This document shows positions 38,385 to 47,601 of a stretch of 64,000 nt of DNA, piece by piece. Position 1 is the stretch's first letter. Each line of letters starts with the position of its first letter. The notes beneath the pieces were generated by a model. That model ran no database searches. It saw only the letters and a program-made list of their open reading frames with translations, and was not told the origin of the DNA. The stretch spans positions 65,687-129,686 of the forward strand of contig JAXDGW010000027.1 in assembly GCA_034664845.1 (NCBI GenBank). The letters are read 5' to 3'. This DNA comes from Thermoanaerobaculia bacterium (lineage in GTDB: Bacteria; Acidobacteriota; Thermoanaerobaculia; Gp7-AA8). Both the position numbers and the translations under genes were made by a program.

Positions 38385-38629
38385 AGCTTCGGCGGTACCT
38401 TTGATCGCCGTTGCCTGCGGATCGCGGCGAGCATGAGTCCCGCGTCTTCAAACGTCCCGCGGTCCACAGCCCGCAACTTTTCGAAGAAGCCGGCAGACCA
38501 CTCCGATTGCCGTTCAACTTCTCGTTCAAGCGCTCGCAGAATCAGTCGGGTTCGACTGATGCGCAATGCCTGAGCACGTTGGTCAACGGCCTTCAGCAGC
38601 TCGATCGGGATGTGAACACTGACACGCAT
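38381..38629 (-). CDS. vapB: Ribbon-helix-helix (CopG-like) antitoxin
   Basis: MRVSVHIPIELLKAVDQRAQALRISRTRLILRALEREVE RHH fold. 4-bp ATGA overlap with vapC. Confidence 0.65.
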   Translation of the reverse strand: MRVSVHIPIELLKAVDQRAQALRISRTRLILRALEREVERQSEWSAGFFEKLRAVDRGTFEDAGLMLAAIRRQRRSKVPPKL

Positions 38630-38787
38630 TACTAGTGAAAACTACGATCGCCACGCGGATCTGACAAGGGAAAACGTTTGACAACATAGGCGGGCGCTCG
38701 CGTGAGGCCGTCAATTCTCTACCGCCAGTAGAAAAACTTGACTCCCCACCGATCCCGAGGGAGCCTCGGTGTCTACGGAGGTGAAGC

Positions 38788-39285
38788 ATGGCCAATGACT
38801 ACGATCCAATCGCCGAGATCGAACGGCTTGACCGATTCTTCGACGGTGACGAAGAAGGCGAACGTCCGATCGAAGTTCTGCGCAACAGGGGAATCTCCAT
38901 TCCCGATGAGCGCGAGCTCGACGACGATGCGCTGCACGCGAAACTGTGGGAGATCATCAACGGCATGTCCGCGGTCGGAATGGTCGTCGAATCGACGAAT
39001 CATCTGAGCGATCGCGATCTTTATCGCTATCTCGTCACCGACGCCATGCAGGAGGAAACAATTCTCCCAATGCCCGGAGGCGGCGGCCGATGGCATGTCA
39101 GCCCGATCGGCAGCGGTAGCGAGGAAGACAACGAGATCTATCTCCGCTACTACGCCGATGACGAGATCCGCAAGCAATGGCAGGACGACTTCGGATGTAC
39201 CCTTCCGGCGAAAGAGAAACCGCCGTTCGACCGCGATCGGCTGCTTCCGGTAAACGACTTTCTACCCGACGAAGAGATTCAATGA
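38788..39285 (+). CDS. Hypothetical acidic protein
   Basis: GGAGGTGAAGC RBS; 165-aa ORF with no recognisable domain. Confidence 0.4.
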   Translation: MANDYDPIAEIERLDRFFDGDEEGERPIEVLRNRGISIPDERELDDDALHAKLWEIINGMSAVGMVVESTNHLSDRDLYRYLVTDAMQEETILPMPGGGGRWHVSPIGSGSEEDNEIYLRYYADDEIRKQWQDDFGCTLPAKEKPPFDRDRLLPVNDFLPDEEIQ

Positions 39286-39376
39286 CGGCAAACGCCACTG
39301 AGTCTTAGTGCGTGGTTTTCGGCCGGCCGCTTCCGTGGCCGCGATCGCAGCCGGTTTGTTGACTAGAATCCTCGGC

Positions 39377-39964
39377 ATGGCCCGAAGCAGCTCCGACCTC
39401 GAGCAATGGCTGAGCCGCCGCGCAGAACTGAGCGAGCGCAGCGAGATCGACGCGAAAATCTGGCAGGAGTTCGGTGAGACGATGGCCATGCTCGTCACGG
39501 ACCTCTGCGGGTTCACGAGTGGCGTGGTAAAGCACGGGATCGTCCACTTTCTTCAACTGATCCATCAATCGAAAAACCTTCTGCTCCCGATCGCAATCAC
39601 GCACGGCGGCACGCTTCTCAAGGTCGAAGGAGACAGCCTGCTGCTCCTCTTTCCCAATCCAGTCCATGCTGTCGCTGCCGCGGTGGCCATGCAGCGCGCC
39701 ATCGCAACTGCGAACACGTTCTTACGCGAGGAGGATCGCGTCCTGCTCTCCTGCGGCCTCGGCTACGGCACTGTCCTCCGCGTCGGCGACTCCGACGTCT
39801 TCGGCGCCGAAGTCAATGCCGCCTATGTCCTCGGCGAGGACCACGCCAACGCGTACGAGATCCTCATGACCGATGCCGTCCGCGACGCCGTGCCCGGCCT
39901 GGAACTGGTGGAGCTGGAGGAGATCGTCACCGGACCGATCAAGCCGTGGCGGCTCGCGTACTGA
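39377..39964 (+). CDS. Class III nucleotidyl (adenylate/guanylate) cyclase catalytic-domain protein
   Basis: VTDLCGFTSG and EGDSLLLLF metal-binding Asp motifs typical of the CHD fold. Confidence 0.5.
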   Translation: MARSSSDLEQWLSRRAELSERSEIDAKIWQEFGETMAMLVTDLCGFTSGVVKHGIVHFLQLIHQSKNLLLPIAITHGGTLLKVEGDSLLLLFPNPVHAVAAAVAMQRAIATANTFLREEDRVLLSCGLGYGTVLRVGDSDVFGAEVNAAYVLGEDHANAYEILMTDAVRDAVPGLELVELEEIVTGPIKPWRLAY

Positions 39965-40087
39965 GAGCCCGCGCAAGCGGCCACCCCTCGACGACGACAC
40001 TGCCTTGAAACTCGAGAGCCCTTCAATCAGTACATAACAAAGTACGTGTGTGTTACCTTTAGGTCCCACTCCAACTGAAAGAAGGTC

Positions 40088-41443
40088 GTGATGCAGCGAG
40101 CGGCGCTGCTCCTCGGAAGAAAGGCTGACCTCTCTTCGCTCGACGCGCTCTGCTCCGGGGAACCGGAGATGGAGATTCACGCCCTGGAATGGGACCGCGT
40201 TCCGCTGGAGTCGCTGGCGGCACGGCCGGAGCTGATGATCGTTGCGGTGGGCGCTGCCGGCGTGCTCGAGAGCGCAGCCTTTTTCGCGCATCTGGCCTCA
40301 CGGCGCGTCCGCCAGGTCGTGCTGGCGCTGGCTCGCGCGGACGATCGGGAGACGCTGGCCGTGGCGATCGCTCATGCGGACGACTTCGCGCTCTGGCCGG
40401 CGGATCCAGTCGAGATCGGACTCCGCATCGCGCGGCTGATGTCGGTCGCCGATCCCACTCCGCGGGAGATCGGCGGCCGGCTCGCGGAATCGGTCGCGCT
40501 GGCCCAGCTCGTCGGAAGCGATCCCCGGTTCCTTGAGGCCATCCGCCCCATTCCGCTTTTTGCGCGCAGCGAAATGCCGGTGCTGATCATCGGCGAGACC
40601 GGTTCGGGAAAGGAGCTGTGCGCCCGCGCGCTGCACTTCCTCAGTCCGCGGCGCGATGAGCCCTTCATCGCCGCCGACTGCAGTGCCATCCCCGATCATC
40701 TCTTCGAGAATGAGATGTTCGGACACTCGCGGGGTGCGTATACGGATGCACATCTCGATCAGAAGGGTCTGGCCGCATTGGCTCGCAAGGGGACGCTGTT
40801 CCTCGACGAGATCGACGCGCTGTCACCGGCGGCGCAGGGAAAGCTGCTTCGATTTCTGCAGGAGAAGACGTACAGACCGCTCGGCAGCGAGAAGTTCCTC
40901 CCCGCCCAGGCGACGATCCTCGCCGCAACGAACTGCGATCTCGATGTTGAAGTGCGCGAGAAACGCTTTCGCTCGGACCTCTACTACCGGCTGAACGTAT
41001 TGCAGCTCCGCCTTCCGCCATTGCGCGAACGGCGCCACGACATCCCGCTGCTGGCCCGGCATTTCCTGGCCGCGGCCTCGGCGAAAATGAAAGTCGACCG
41101 AACGTTCTCCCCGCAGGCGCTCCGCAAGCTGAGCGCGTACGAATGGCCGGGTAACGTGCGCGAGCTCTGCAACCTCGTGCAGCGCGCGGCGGTGATTGCC
41201 GAGGGAGGCGTGGTGCTGCCGTGTCACATCGAGATTGCAGGAGCGTCGGACCAATGCGCCTCCGGCACCTTCCGCGCGGGCCGTACGCAGGCCATTCAGA
41301 TGTTCGAGCGCGAGTACGTCCGCGACATGCTGACCCGCCACTCCGGAAACATCACAAGAGCCGCGCGTGAGGCGGGACAGGAACGGCGGGCATTTGGGAG
41401 GCTGGTGAAGAAGTACCGGTTGACCGGCGCATTCAGTGGCTGA
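40088..41443 (+). CDS. Sigma-54-dependent transcriptional activator (NtrC-family EBP) with degenerate receiver-like N-domain
   Basis: Walker A GETGSGKE. GAFTGA-variant FGHSRGAYTDA. Walker B LFLDEID. C-terminal HTH. Lies ~1.7 kb upstream of the contractile-system locus. Confidence 0.75.
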   Translation: MMQRAALLLGRKADLSSLDALCSGEPEMEIHALEWDRVPLESLAARPELMIVAVGAAGVLESAAFFAHLASRRVRQVVLALARADDRETLAVAIAHADDFALWPADPVEIGLRIARLMSVADPTPREIGGRLAESVALAQLVGSDPRFLEAIRPIPLFARSEMPVLIIGETGSGKELCARALHFLSPRRDEPFIAADCSAIPDHLFENEMFGHSRGAYTDAHLDQKGLAALARKGTLFLDEIDALSPAAQGKLLRFLQEKTYRPLGSEKFLPAQATILAATNCDLDVEVREKRFRSDLYYRLNVLQLRLPPLRERRHDIPLLARHFLAAASAKMKVDRTFSPQALRKLSAYEWPGNVRELCNLVQRAAVIAEGGVVLPCHIEIAGASDQCASGTFRAGRTQAIQMFEREYVRDMLTRHSGNITRAAREAGQERRAFGRLVKKYRLTGAFSG

Positions 41444-41511
41444 CGAAAGGCTTAGGAGGGAGTGCAATGGACCGCAGTTTCCGTGACACGCTGACGCGAC
41501 ATCCGGCGGTC

Positions 41512-42927
41512 CTAACGGCGAACCACTTTAGCCGGCGCACCCTTCTGCACGTCCGCCTTCGCCTCTAATCCATTTAGAAGATCCTGGATCTCCGTCGAGA
41601 TGTCGAGGAAGGTACCGTACTTAACATCGGCGCTGATTCCGACGCTCTTAGGCTTCAATTTCGCAATTTCTTCAGCGGTAGTAGGCGTGAATTTCAAGCC
41701 ACCAACCGACTTCGAGGCTTCCCACTTGCTCTCGAACGACTGGAACTCTTTGATCCTCACCTTGCACGTCCATGGCGATTGTTTTCCGTCGAGGTTCTTC
41801 GTGAAGCTCATTTCCAATCCGAAATTGTCTTCTCCGCCCCGCAACGGAAACGCGACGGCAAGAGCCTCCTTAACATCTTCGAAGTCATGTCTCAGCAGCG
41901 CACGCCCGATTGCGCCTGCTCTGAGCAAGCCCTTGATACTCCGGGTGACCGCAGCCGGGTCGGCATCGGCATCTTCCATTTCGGCCTTGATCGCCATCGT
42001 TTTCTCGTGCAATGTGCCGTCGGTTACGCGGCGCGACAGGCGGAGATCGAACGACGACTTGCCAACCTTGGTTTTCACCGACGTGGCCGTTTCGGTAAAA
42101 CCAACCGTATTCGTTCTGCCAACATCTTTGAGACCGGCAAGCGTTTCGACGGCTATCTCGTCGTCCTTCTTATCGGTCATCCCCACACCAAGCCCAATCG
42201 CTGCCTCAAAGCCGACGGAGGGATCATTCGCGAGCCTGTTCTTATAGGTTTCCCACAGAGAGGGAGCCCAGAGAATCAGTGGAGCCAGCGACGGGTTGTA
42301 TTCAATCATCCGCATGCGCAACGCCTTCGATGTGGCCAACGCCTGCAGCCAGGCATCGGCTCCAGCTTTCTTCAACGCATAGTGAATAATCTGCTTTGCG
42401 GCGTCGACAAAAGCGTCGGTGAGATCCTCGCCTTCGAGTTTTACATACTGAAACTCCTTTGCCTCGAACCAGAGGAACGCCGCCTTGATGTCGAGTTGCA
42501 GCTCGAGCTCTTTTTCTTTACCAGACTTTGACCACTCGCCCTCAATCTTGAAGGCAACTGTAAGACCCGGGATCTCCATCGGCACAGTGACTTCGAGCGC
42601 GACGCTGATGAAGATACCGAATCCGCTCTCACTTTCGACGCTCTTCTTCTCTCCGGTCTCGTCCATCTCGGCCGCGAGCTCTTTGAGCGTGAGTTTGCGC
42701 GGAGGTGGTTTGTACTCCCCCAGATCCGATCTGATTGGACCCGGCTCTGGTGAGCTCCACACGTATCCATATTCGCCACCACTGTTCTTGCTTTTTGCAG
42801 CGATCGCTTGGTTTCCTACGCTGCGTTGCAACTGTGCGGACGGGCGCAGGCTCCCGATCTTCGCGTTTGGGCGTGTATCGAGGGCCGTTGGCTCTCTCTT
42901 TGGTATCGCGCTTCGCGAGTGGGGCAT
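41512..42927 (-). CDS. Hypothetical protein, low-GC, long disordered N-terminus (candidate contractile-system cargo)
   Basis: GC of this gene (~50-55%) is visibly below its neighbours. ~100 N-terminal residues are rich in P/S/G/K/R; the remainder is a globular domain with no recognised motif. Start ambiguous (ATG 42927 or GTG 43002). Confidence 0.4.
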   Translation of the reverse strand: MPHSRSAIPKREPTALDTRPNAKIGSLRPSAQLQRSVGNQAIAAKSKNSGGEYGYVWSSPEPGPIRSDLGEYKPPPRKLTLKELAAEMDETGEKKSVESESGFGIFISVALEVTVPMEIPGLTVAFKIEGEWSKSGKEKELELQLDIKAAFLWFEAKEFQYVKLEGEDLTDAFVDAAKQIIHYALKKAGADAWLQALATSKALRMRMIEYNPSLAPLILWAPSLWETYKNRLANDPSVGFEAAIGLGVGMTDKKDDEIAVETLAGLKDVGRTNTVGFTETATSVKTKVGKSSFDLRLSRRVTDGTLHEKTMAIKAEMEDADADPAAVTRSIKGLLRAGAIGRALLRHDFEDVKEALAVAFPLRGGEDNFGLEMSFTKNLDGKQSPWTCKVRIKEFQSFESKWEASKSVGGLKFTPTTAEEIAKLKPKSVGISADVKYGTFLDISTEIQDLLNGLEAKADVQKGAPAKVVRR

Positions 42928-43125
42928 GTTCGCAACGTACGCCCCACCACGGATTCGCGCAACGGGACAAACACCACTCTGATATGGGCGAAACCTGCCC
43001 ACCCCGTCACACTATCGGCCAATGCAGTCCATCGACGGTCAAGACCGGGTCATGAGTGACCCACCGCGCCCCACAACCCAGGAAAGCTTTCTTTTCAAAT
43101 CAACAACTTACTCCACTCATCGCTA

Positions 43126-43140
43126 TGGCCCCTCCCTTGC
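43126..43140 (+). promoter_or_regulatory. Sigma-54-type -24/-12 promoter candidate (TGGCCC-N5-TTGC)
   Basis: TGGC at 43126-43129 and TTGC at 43137-43140 give exact GG-N10-GC spacing, ~15-50 nt upstream of the first gene of the tail-like locus. Confidence 0.45.
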
Positions 43141-43155
43141 GAACCGCCCCTCCCA

Positions 43156-43428
43156 ATGGTCCGCCCTGCCCACGCGGTCATCAAAGAGATCATGCGTTAC
43201 TTTGTCGAACATCCTCATGCGCTCGATTCGCTGGAGGGCGTGGCCCGGTGGCGGCTGCTGCAGCGGCGCATCGATGACACGGTCTCCGAGACGGAGAGCG
43301 CATTGGAGTGGCTCGTCGCGAACGGATACCTCCAGCGCGTCGACGTCACGTTCGGACCTTCTCTCTTCCGTATCGCCGCGGAGAACCCGAATGGCGTCGA
43401 GCGCCTGCTGGCCGAGGAGACGTCGTGA
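43156..43428 (+). CDS. Small hypothetical protein, first gene of contractile-system locus
   Basis: ORF with GTGA overlap into the DUF4255 gene. An alternative start at MRYFVEH (43192) is preceded by AAAGAG. Confidence 0.4.
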   Translation: MVRPAHAVIKEIMRYFVEHPHALDSLEGVARWRLLQRRIDDTVSETESALEWLVANGYLQRVDVTFGPSLFRIAAENPNGVERLLAEETS

Positions 43429-44021
43429 GCGACTTCACCGCGGTGCGCGCGGTGAGCCAGACGCTGAAGGAGCTACTGGAGCGGGAGATCACCAACAGCG
43501 ACAACACGGAAGTATTCGGCGTTCCGATCTTCCTCAACTCGCCGCGCTTCCTCCGGGAAGAGAAGAACACATCGGGGATCTCGCTCTGGCTCTACATGAT
43601 GCGTCGCGAGCCCGACACGCTGAACCGGCCGCAGGAACGGCCGGCATCCTCGCAAATCAAGCGCCGTCCACTGCCGCTCACACTCCACTATCTGATCTGC
43701 GCCCTGCACAAGGAGCCGCTCGACGAGCAGAAGCTCCTCGGCAAGGTCGCTCAGGTCTTTCACGATCACGCCATCATCGAGCCGGGCGACCTGCGCGAAA
43801 CCCTGGCCGGCGAGGATCTGCAACTTCGGCTGGTGCTCGACGCCCCGACGCTCGAGGAGCTCTCGCGCGTCTGGGACGCGCTGAATGAGCCGTATCAGCT
43901 CTCGCTCGCCTACACGGTGCAGGTCGTCTCCATCGATTCCGATCGCGACGCCGCGGTTCGTCCGCCGGTGTTGGTGTCGACGCAGCAGCCATCGCAGATC
44001 GCCGGCGGAGGCGCGGCGTGA
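43425..44021 (+). CDS. DUF4255 (Pvc16/Afp16-like) tail-terminator/cap protein of extracellular contractile injection systems
   Basis: ISLWLYMMRREPDTLNRP matches the DUF4255 [IV]NLFLY..E....RN signature; ~200 aa; GTG start overlaps the upstream stop. Confidence 0.65.
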   Translation: MSDFTAVRAVSQTLKELLEREITNSDNTEVFGVPIFLNSPRFLREEKNTSGISLWLYMMRREPDTLNRPQERPASSQIKRRPLPLTLHYLICALHKEPLDEQKLLGKVAQVFHDHAIIEPGDLRETLAGEDLQLRLVLDAPTLEELSRVWDALNEPYQLSLAYTVQVVSIDSDRDAAVRPPVLVSTQQPSQIAGGGAA

Positions 44022-45076
44022 CGGTGTTCACTACTGACGAGCGTGTGTACAACGTCGTCCTCGACGGCGCGATCCGGCGCCGCGCGCTGATCATCGCGCG
44101 GGTCGTGGACGCGGTGGTGACAAGCGCCGGCGCGCCTGTACCGCCGCGAAACCCGCTCAGCGCTCATGTGGACCGGCGCGGCGCGACGGTGCGCATCGGC
44201 AGCGGAGGGACACTGGCCGTGTCCGGACGAACCGAGCAGCTCCTCCCCGATCCATCCTCGACGACTCCGATCACGTTCACGATCTCGATTCGAGCGCACG
44301 GCTACCGGACGCACGTCGAGGCGGTCATCATCGCTCCCACCGCCACGCTCCCCATCGACCTCGGCACGATCGCGCTTCAGCCCTTGCCGGTGCGGTTGGA
44401 GGGTCGGGTGACACACGAGAGGGATCGGACAGCGATCGCGGGGGCGTCGATCGTGGCGCGGAAGTCCGACAAGATCGTGCTTCTCCGCACGCCCCTTCAG
44501 CGCGACTACCTCAGAGGCACGACGGTGACTCCCCGAACGCTCACCCCCAGCGGAACACCCACGACGCTCGCCGCACCGGCCGCGCGGGGCTCGGGAATGG
44601 TGACGCTCGACGACGCAAGTTCATTCGCACCGGGCAATGTGGTTCGGTTCGCGGCCCGCGAATACGGCGTCATCGCCACGATCGCTGTCAATGACGTGAC
44701 GCTGATCGATCCGCTGCAGCACAGTCACGCCGCCGGAACATCGGTCTCGCACATCACCGCCAGCGCCGGAACCGCGATGACAACGCGGCGCGACGTGATC
44801 GCCGGCGACGCGCTTCTGCCGGTCGATACGGCAACCGATGCCACGGCGATCGAGATCGGCGGCGAGTACCACGACACCGGATTGCTTTCCGATTCGGACG
44901 GCTACTTCGCCGTCGACGGCATCGGCGGAGAGCGGGCGATCACGCTCATCACCATTGCGTCAGACCCGGCGCTCTCCGATGTCGAGACCACCGTAATCGT
45001 TGACTACAGCAAGCCAGAGAACAGCGTCAGCATGAGAGTCAAAAAGATACCGCCACCGCCGCTGCAATCGATGTAG
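44018..45076 (+). CDS. Hypothetical protein (possible carboxypeptidase-regulatory-like beta-sandwich), contractile-system accessory
   Basis: ORF with GTGA overlap to DUF4255 gene, consistent with translational coupling. No confident motif. Confidence 0.4.
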   Translation: MTVFTTDERVYNVVLDGAIRRRALIIARVVDAVVTSAGAPVPPRNPLSAHVDRRGATVRIGSGGTLAVSGRTEQLLPDPSSTTPITFTISIRAHGYRTHVEAVIIAPTATLPIDLGTIALQPLPVRLEGRVTHERDRTAIAGASIVARKSDKIVLLRTPLQRDYLRGTTVTPRTLTPSGTPTTLAAPAARGSGMVTLDDASSFAPGNVVRFAAREYGVIATIAVNDVTLIDPLQHSHAAGTSVSHITASAGTAMTTRRDVIAGDALLPVDTATDATAIEIGGEYHDTGLLSDSDGYFAVDGIGGERAITLITIASDPALSDVETTVIVDYSKPENSVSMRVKKIPPPPLQSM

Positions 45077-45098
45077 CGCGGAGAAAAGGAGACCAGTC

Positions 45099-47132
45099 GT
45101 GCCTCAATACCTAGCACCAGGCGTCTATGTCGAGGAAGTCGATACCGGGATCAAGACGATCGAAGGGGTAAGCACCAGCGTGGCGGGAATGGTGGGGGTA
45201 ACCCGCCGCGGCCCGACGAAGGGCCTGCCCCAGCTGGTGACGAGCTTCGCAGAATTCGAACGCCTGTACGGCGGCTACTTCGATTTCGGTACCGCGTTCG
45301 CCGGGCAACAGTTCCTCCCGCACGCCGTGAATGGGTTCTTCACGAATGGAGGGCGGCAGCTGTACGTGATGAGGGTGGCCAACGGTAATGCGTCAACCGG
45401 TGCTACGGCCGCGCAGAAACAGACAGAGGGCGGAATCGTGACACGGTTAAAGGCGAACGCCTCAGACGGTACAACTATGTTCACGCCACTGAGCACGCGT
45501 GGAATCCAGTTCCATACGAAAGTCCAACTTCGAATGATCAAGGACGGAGTCACCTACGATAGTGGAGCCGTCAGCGTCAGCGCAGTCGACCGCACGAGTG
45601 GTGAAGTGACGGTGGCGTCCGCCCTGAGCATCCCGACGGGTGGACCGACTGAATGGGACGCCCGATACACAATCGTCTACACAGATCGCAAGTCGACCGG
45701 CAGTCTCACGAATCCCACAGATACCCGTGAAAACAGCATCCTCATCGACGCCAGGGATCCGGGCTCATGGGGACGGGACATCACAGTCGAAGTCGCCGAT
45801 CAGGCGGCCGGCAAGGCGGAGTTGCTCAGCAACGATTCGTCGACCATTACCCTGAAATCGCCGTCTGTGGCCTTCTACCCCAACGCCTGGGTGGAGGTGG
45901 ATCAGGGCAAAACCAAGACGTTCATGAAGGTCACGGCCGTGAACGGTGCTGTGATCACCGTCAGCCCCGCTCCCGGCACGACCGACTTCAGTCCTGAGAC
46001 CCCGTTCTCGGTCACAACGCTGACAGTATGGGAGATGAATCTCACCGTAAGTCTTGGGAGCGCTTCGGAGCAGTACTCGGGCCTGACCCTCGAAAACGTT
46101 CCTGGAAAGTACATCGTCGATCGACTCAGCAACTCGTCTCTCGTTGCTGTCTCCCTGGCGTCTCTCACAGCCAGCGACACCGACCCTCTGCACTTCCCGG
46201 CAGCCGAGGACGGACGCACCATCCATCTAGACACCGGGGGTGCCGACGGCACCTCGTCCCCGGCCGTCACCGACTACGTCGGCTCCGGCGATCCCGGAAA
46301 CCGTACCGGCATCAAAGCCCTCGAAGACATCGACCGCATCAGCATCATCGCAGCGCCGGGGAACATCGACGTACCGGTTCAGAACGCGTTGATCGAGCAG
46401 TGCGAGCGTCTCAAAGACCGCTTCGCAATCCTTGATCCGAAAGGAACCACAGTCAACGACGTCACCACGCAGCGCCAGCAGTTCGACACCAAATACGCGG
46501 CCATCTACTACCCCAACCTCGTCGTCTTCGATCCCGTCACTTCGAACAACATCGTCGTCCCGCCCAGCGGCCACATGGCCGGCATTTATGCGCGCGTCGA
46601 CATCGAGCGCGGTGTCCACAAGGCGCCCGCTAACGAGGTCGTGCGCGGCATCGTCGACTTTGCCGCCACCATCAACAAAGAGACGCAGGATCTGCTCAAC
46701 CCCAGTCCGACGAACATCAACGTCTTCCGCGATTTTCGCGGTGACGGACGCGGGCTGCGCATCTGGGGCGCCCGGGTGATCACCAGCGACACCTCGTGGA
46801 AGTACGTCAACGTGCGGCGGCTCTTCCTCTTCCTCGAGGAATCGATCGACGAAGGGACTCAGTGGGTGGTCTTCGAGCCGAACGATGCGCCGTTGTGGTC
46901 GCGCGTGACGCAGAGCATCAGCGCTTTTCTGACGCGCGTCTGGCGCGACGGCGCGCTGCAGGGCGCGACTGCCGAGGAGGCATTTTTCGTCAAGTGCGAC
47001 CGGACGACGATGACGCAGGACGACATCGACAACGGCAAGCTGATCGCCATCGTCGGCGTCGCTCCCGTCAAGCCCGCCGAGTTCGTGATCATCCGCATCA
47101 GTCAATGGACCGCCGGCGCCTCCGCGGCGTGA
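45099..47132 (+). CDS. Contractile tail sheath protein, paralog 1
   Basis: N-terminal MPQYLAPGVYVEEVDTG sheath signature. C-terminal conserved sheath core (RVITSDTSWKYVNVRRLF...). Confidence 0.85.
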   Translation: MPQYLAPGVYVEEVDTGIKTIEGVSTSVAGMVGVTRRGPTKGLPQLVTSFAEFERLYGGYFDFGTAFAGQQFLPHAVNGFFTNGGRQLYVMRVANGNASTGATAAQKQTEGGIVTRLKANASDGTTMFTPLSTRGIQFHTKVQLRMIKDGVTYDSGAVSVSAVDRTSGEVTVASALSIPTGGPTEWDARYTIVYTDRKSTGSLTNPTDTRENSILIDARDPGSWGRDITVEVADQAAGKAELLSNDSSTITLKSPSVAFYPNAWVEVDQGKTKTFMKVTAVNGAVITVSPAPGTTDFSPETPFSVTTLTVWEMNLTVSLGSASEQYSGLTLENVPGKYIVDRLSNSSLVAVSLASLTASDTDPLHFPAAEDGRTIHLDTGGADGTSSPAVTDYVGSGDPGNRTGIKALEDIDRISIIAAPGNIDVPVQNALIEQCERLKDRFAILDPKGTTVNDVTTQRQQFDTKYAAIYYPNLVVFDPVTSNNIVVPPSGHMAGIYARVDIERGVHKAPANEVVRGIVDFAATINKETQDLLNPSPTNINVFRDFRGDGRGLRIWGARVITSDTSWKYVNVRRLFLFLEESIDEGTQWVVFEPNDAPLWSRVTQSISAFLTRVWRDGALQGATAEEAFFVKCDRTTMTQDDIDNGKLIAIVGVAPVKPAEFVIIRISQWTAGASAA

Positions 47133-47147
47133 GAGAGGAGTTGAGCC

Positions 47148-47588
47148 ATGCCACAGACAGGACAACGCAACGATCCGTACCGCGCCTATAACTTCGAGGT
47201 CCAGATCGACAGCTCCACCGTCGCCGGATTCCGCGAGGTCAGCGGCCTCAGTTTCACCACCGATCCCGTCGAATACCGCGAGGGCACCGACATCCCATTG
47301 CACGTGCGGAAGCTGACCGGCCTTCGCAAGTTCGCGAACCTCATGTTCAAGCGCGGCTTCACCAAGAACGACGAGTTGTGGAAGTGGTACAAGAACACGC
47401 TCAACGGTATCGAAGACCGGCGCAACGGTGCCATCGTCCTGCACGACGAGCTGCACAACGAAGTGCTGCGGTGGAACTTCGAGTTCGCCTGGATCACCAA
47501 GTGGGAAGGTCCGACGATGAACGCGACGAGCAACGACGTCGCCATCGAGACCATGGAGCTGGCCGTCGAGCGCGTCGAGCTCCAGTAG
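47148..47588 (+). CDS. Tail tube protein (T4 gp19/Afp1-like), paralog 1
   Basis: DPYRAYNFEVQIDSSTVAGFREVSGL is characteristic of tube proteins; 146 aa. Confidence 0.85.
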   Translation: MPQTGQRNDPYRAYNFEVQIDSSTVAGFREVSGLSFTTDPVEYREGTDIPLHVRKLTGLRKFANLMFKRGFTKNDELWKWYKNTLNGIEDRRNGAIVLHDELHNEVLRWNFEFAWITKWEGPTMNATSNDVAIETMELAVERVELQ

Positions 47589-47601
47589 GGCGGAGAGACC
47601 G

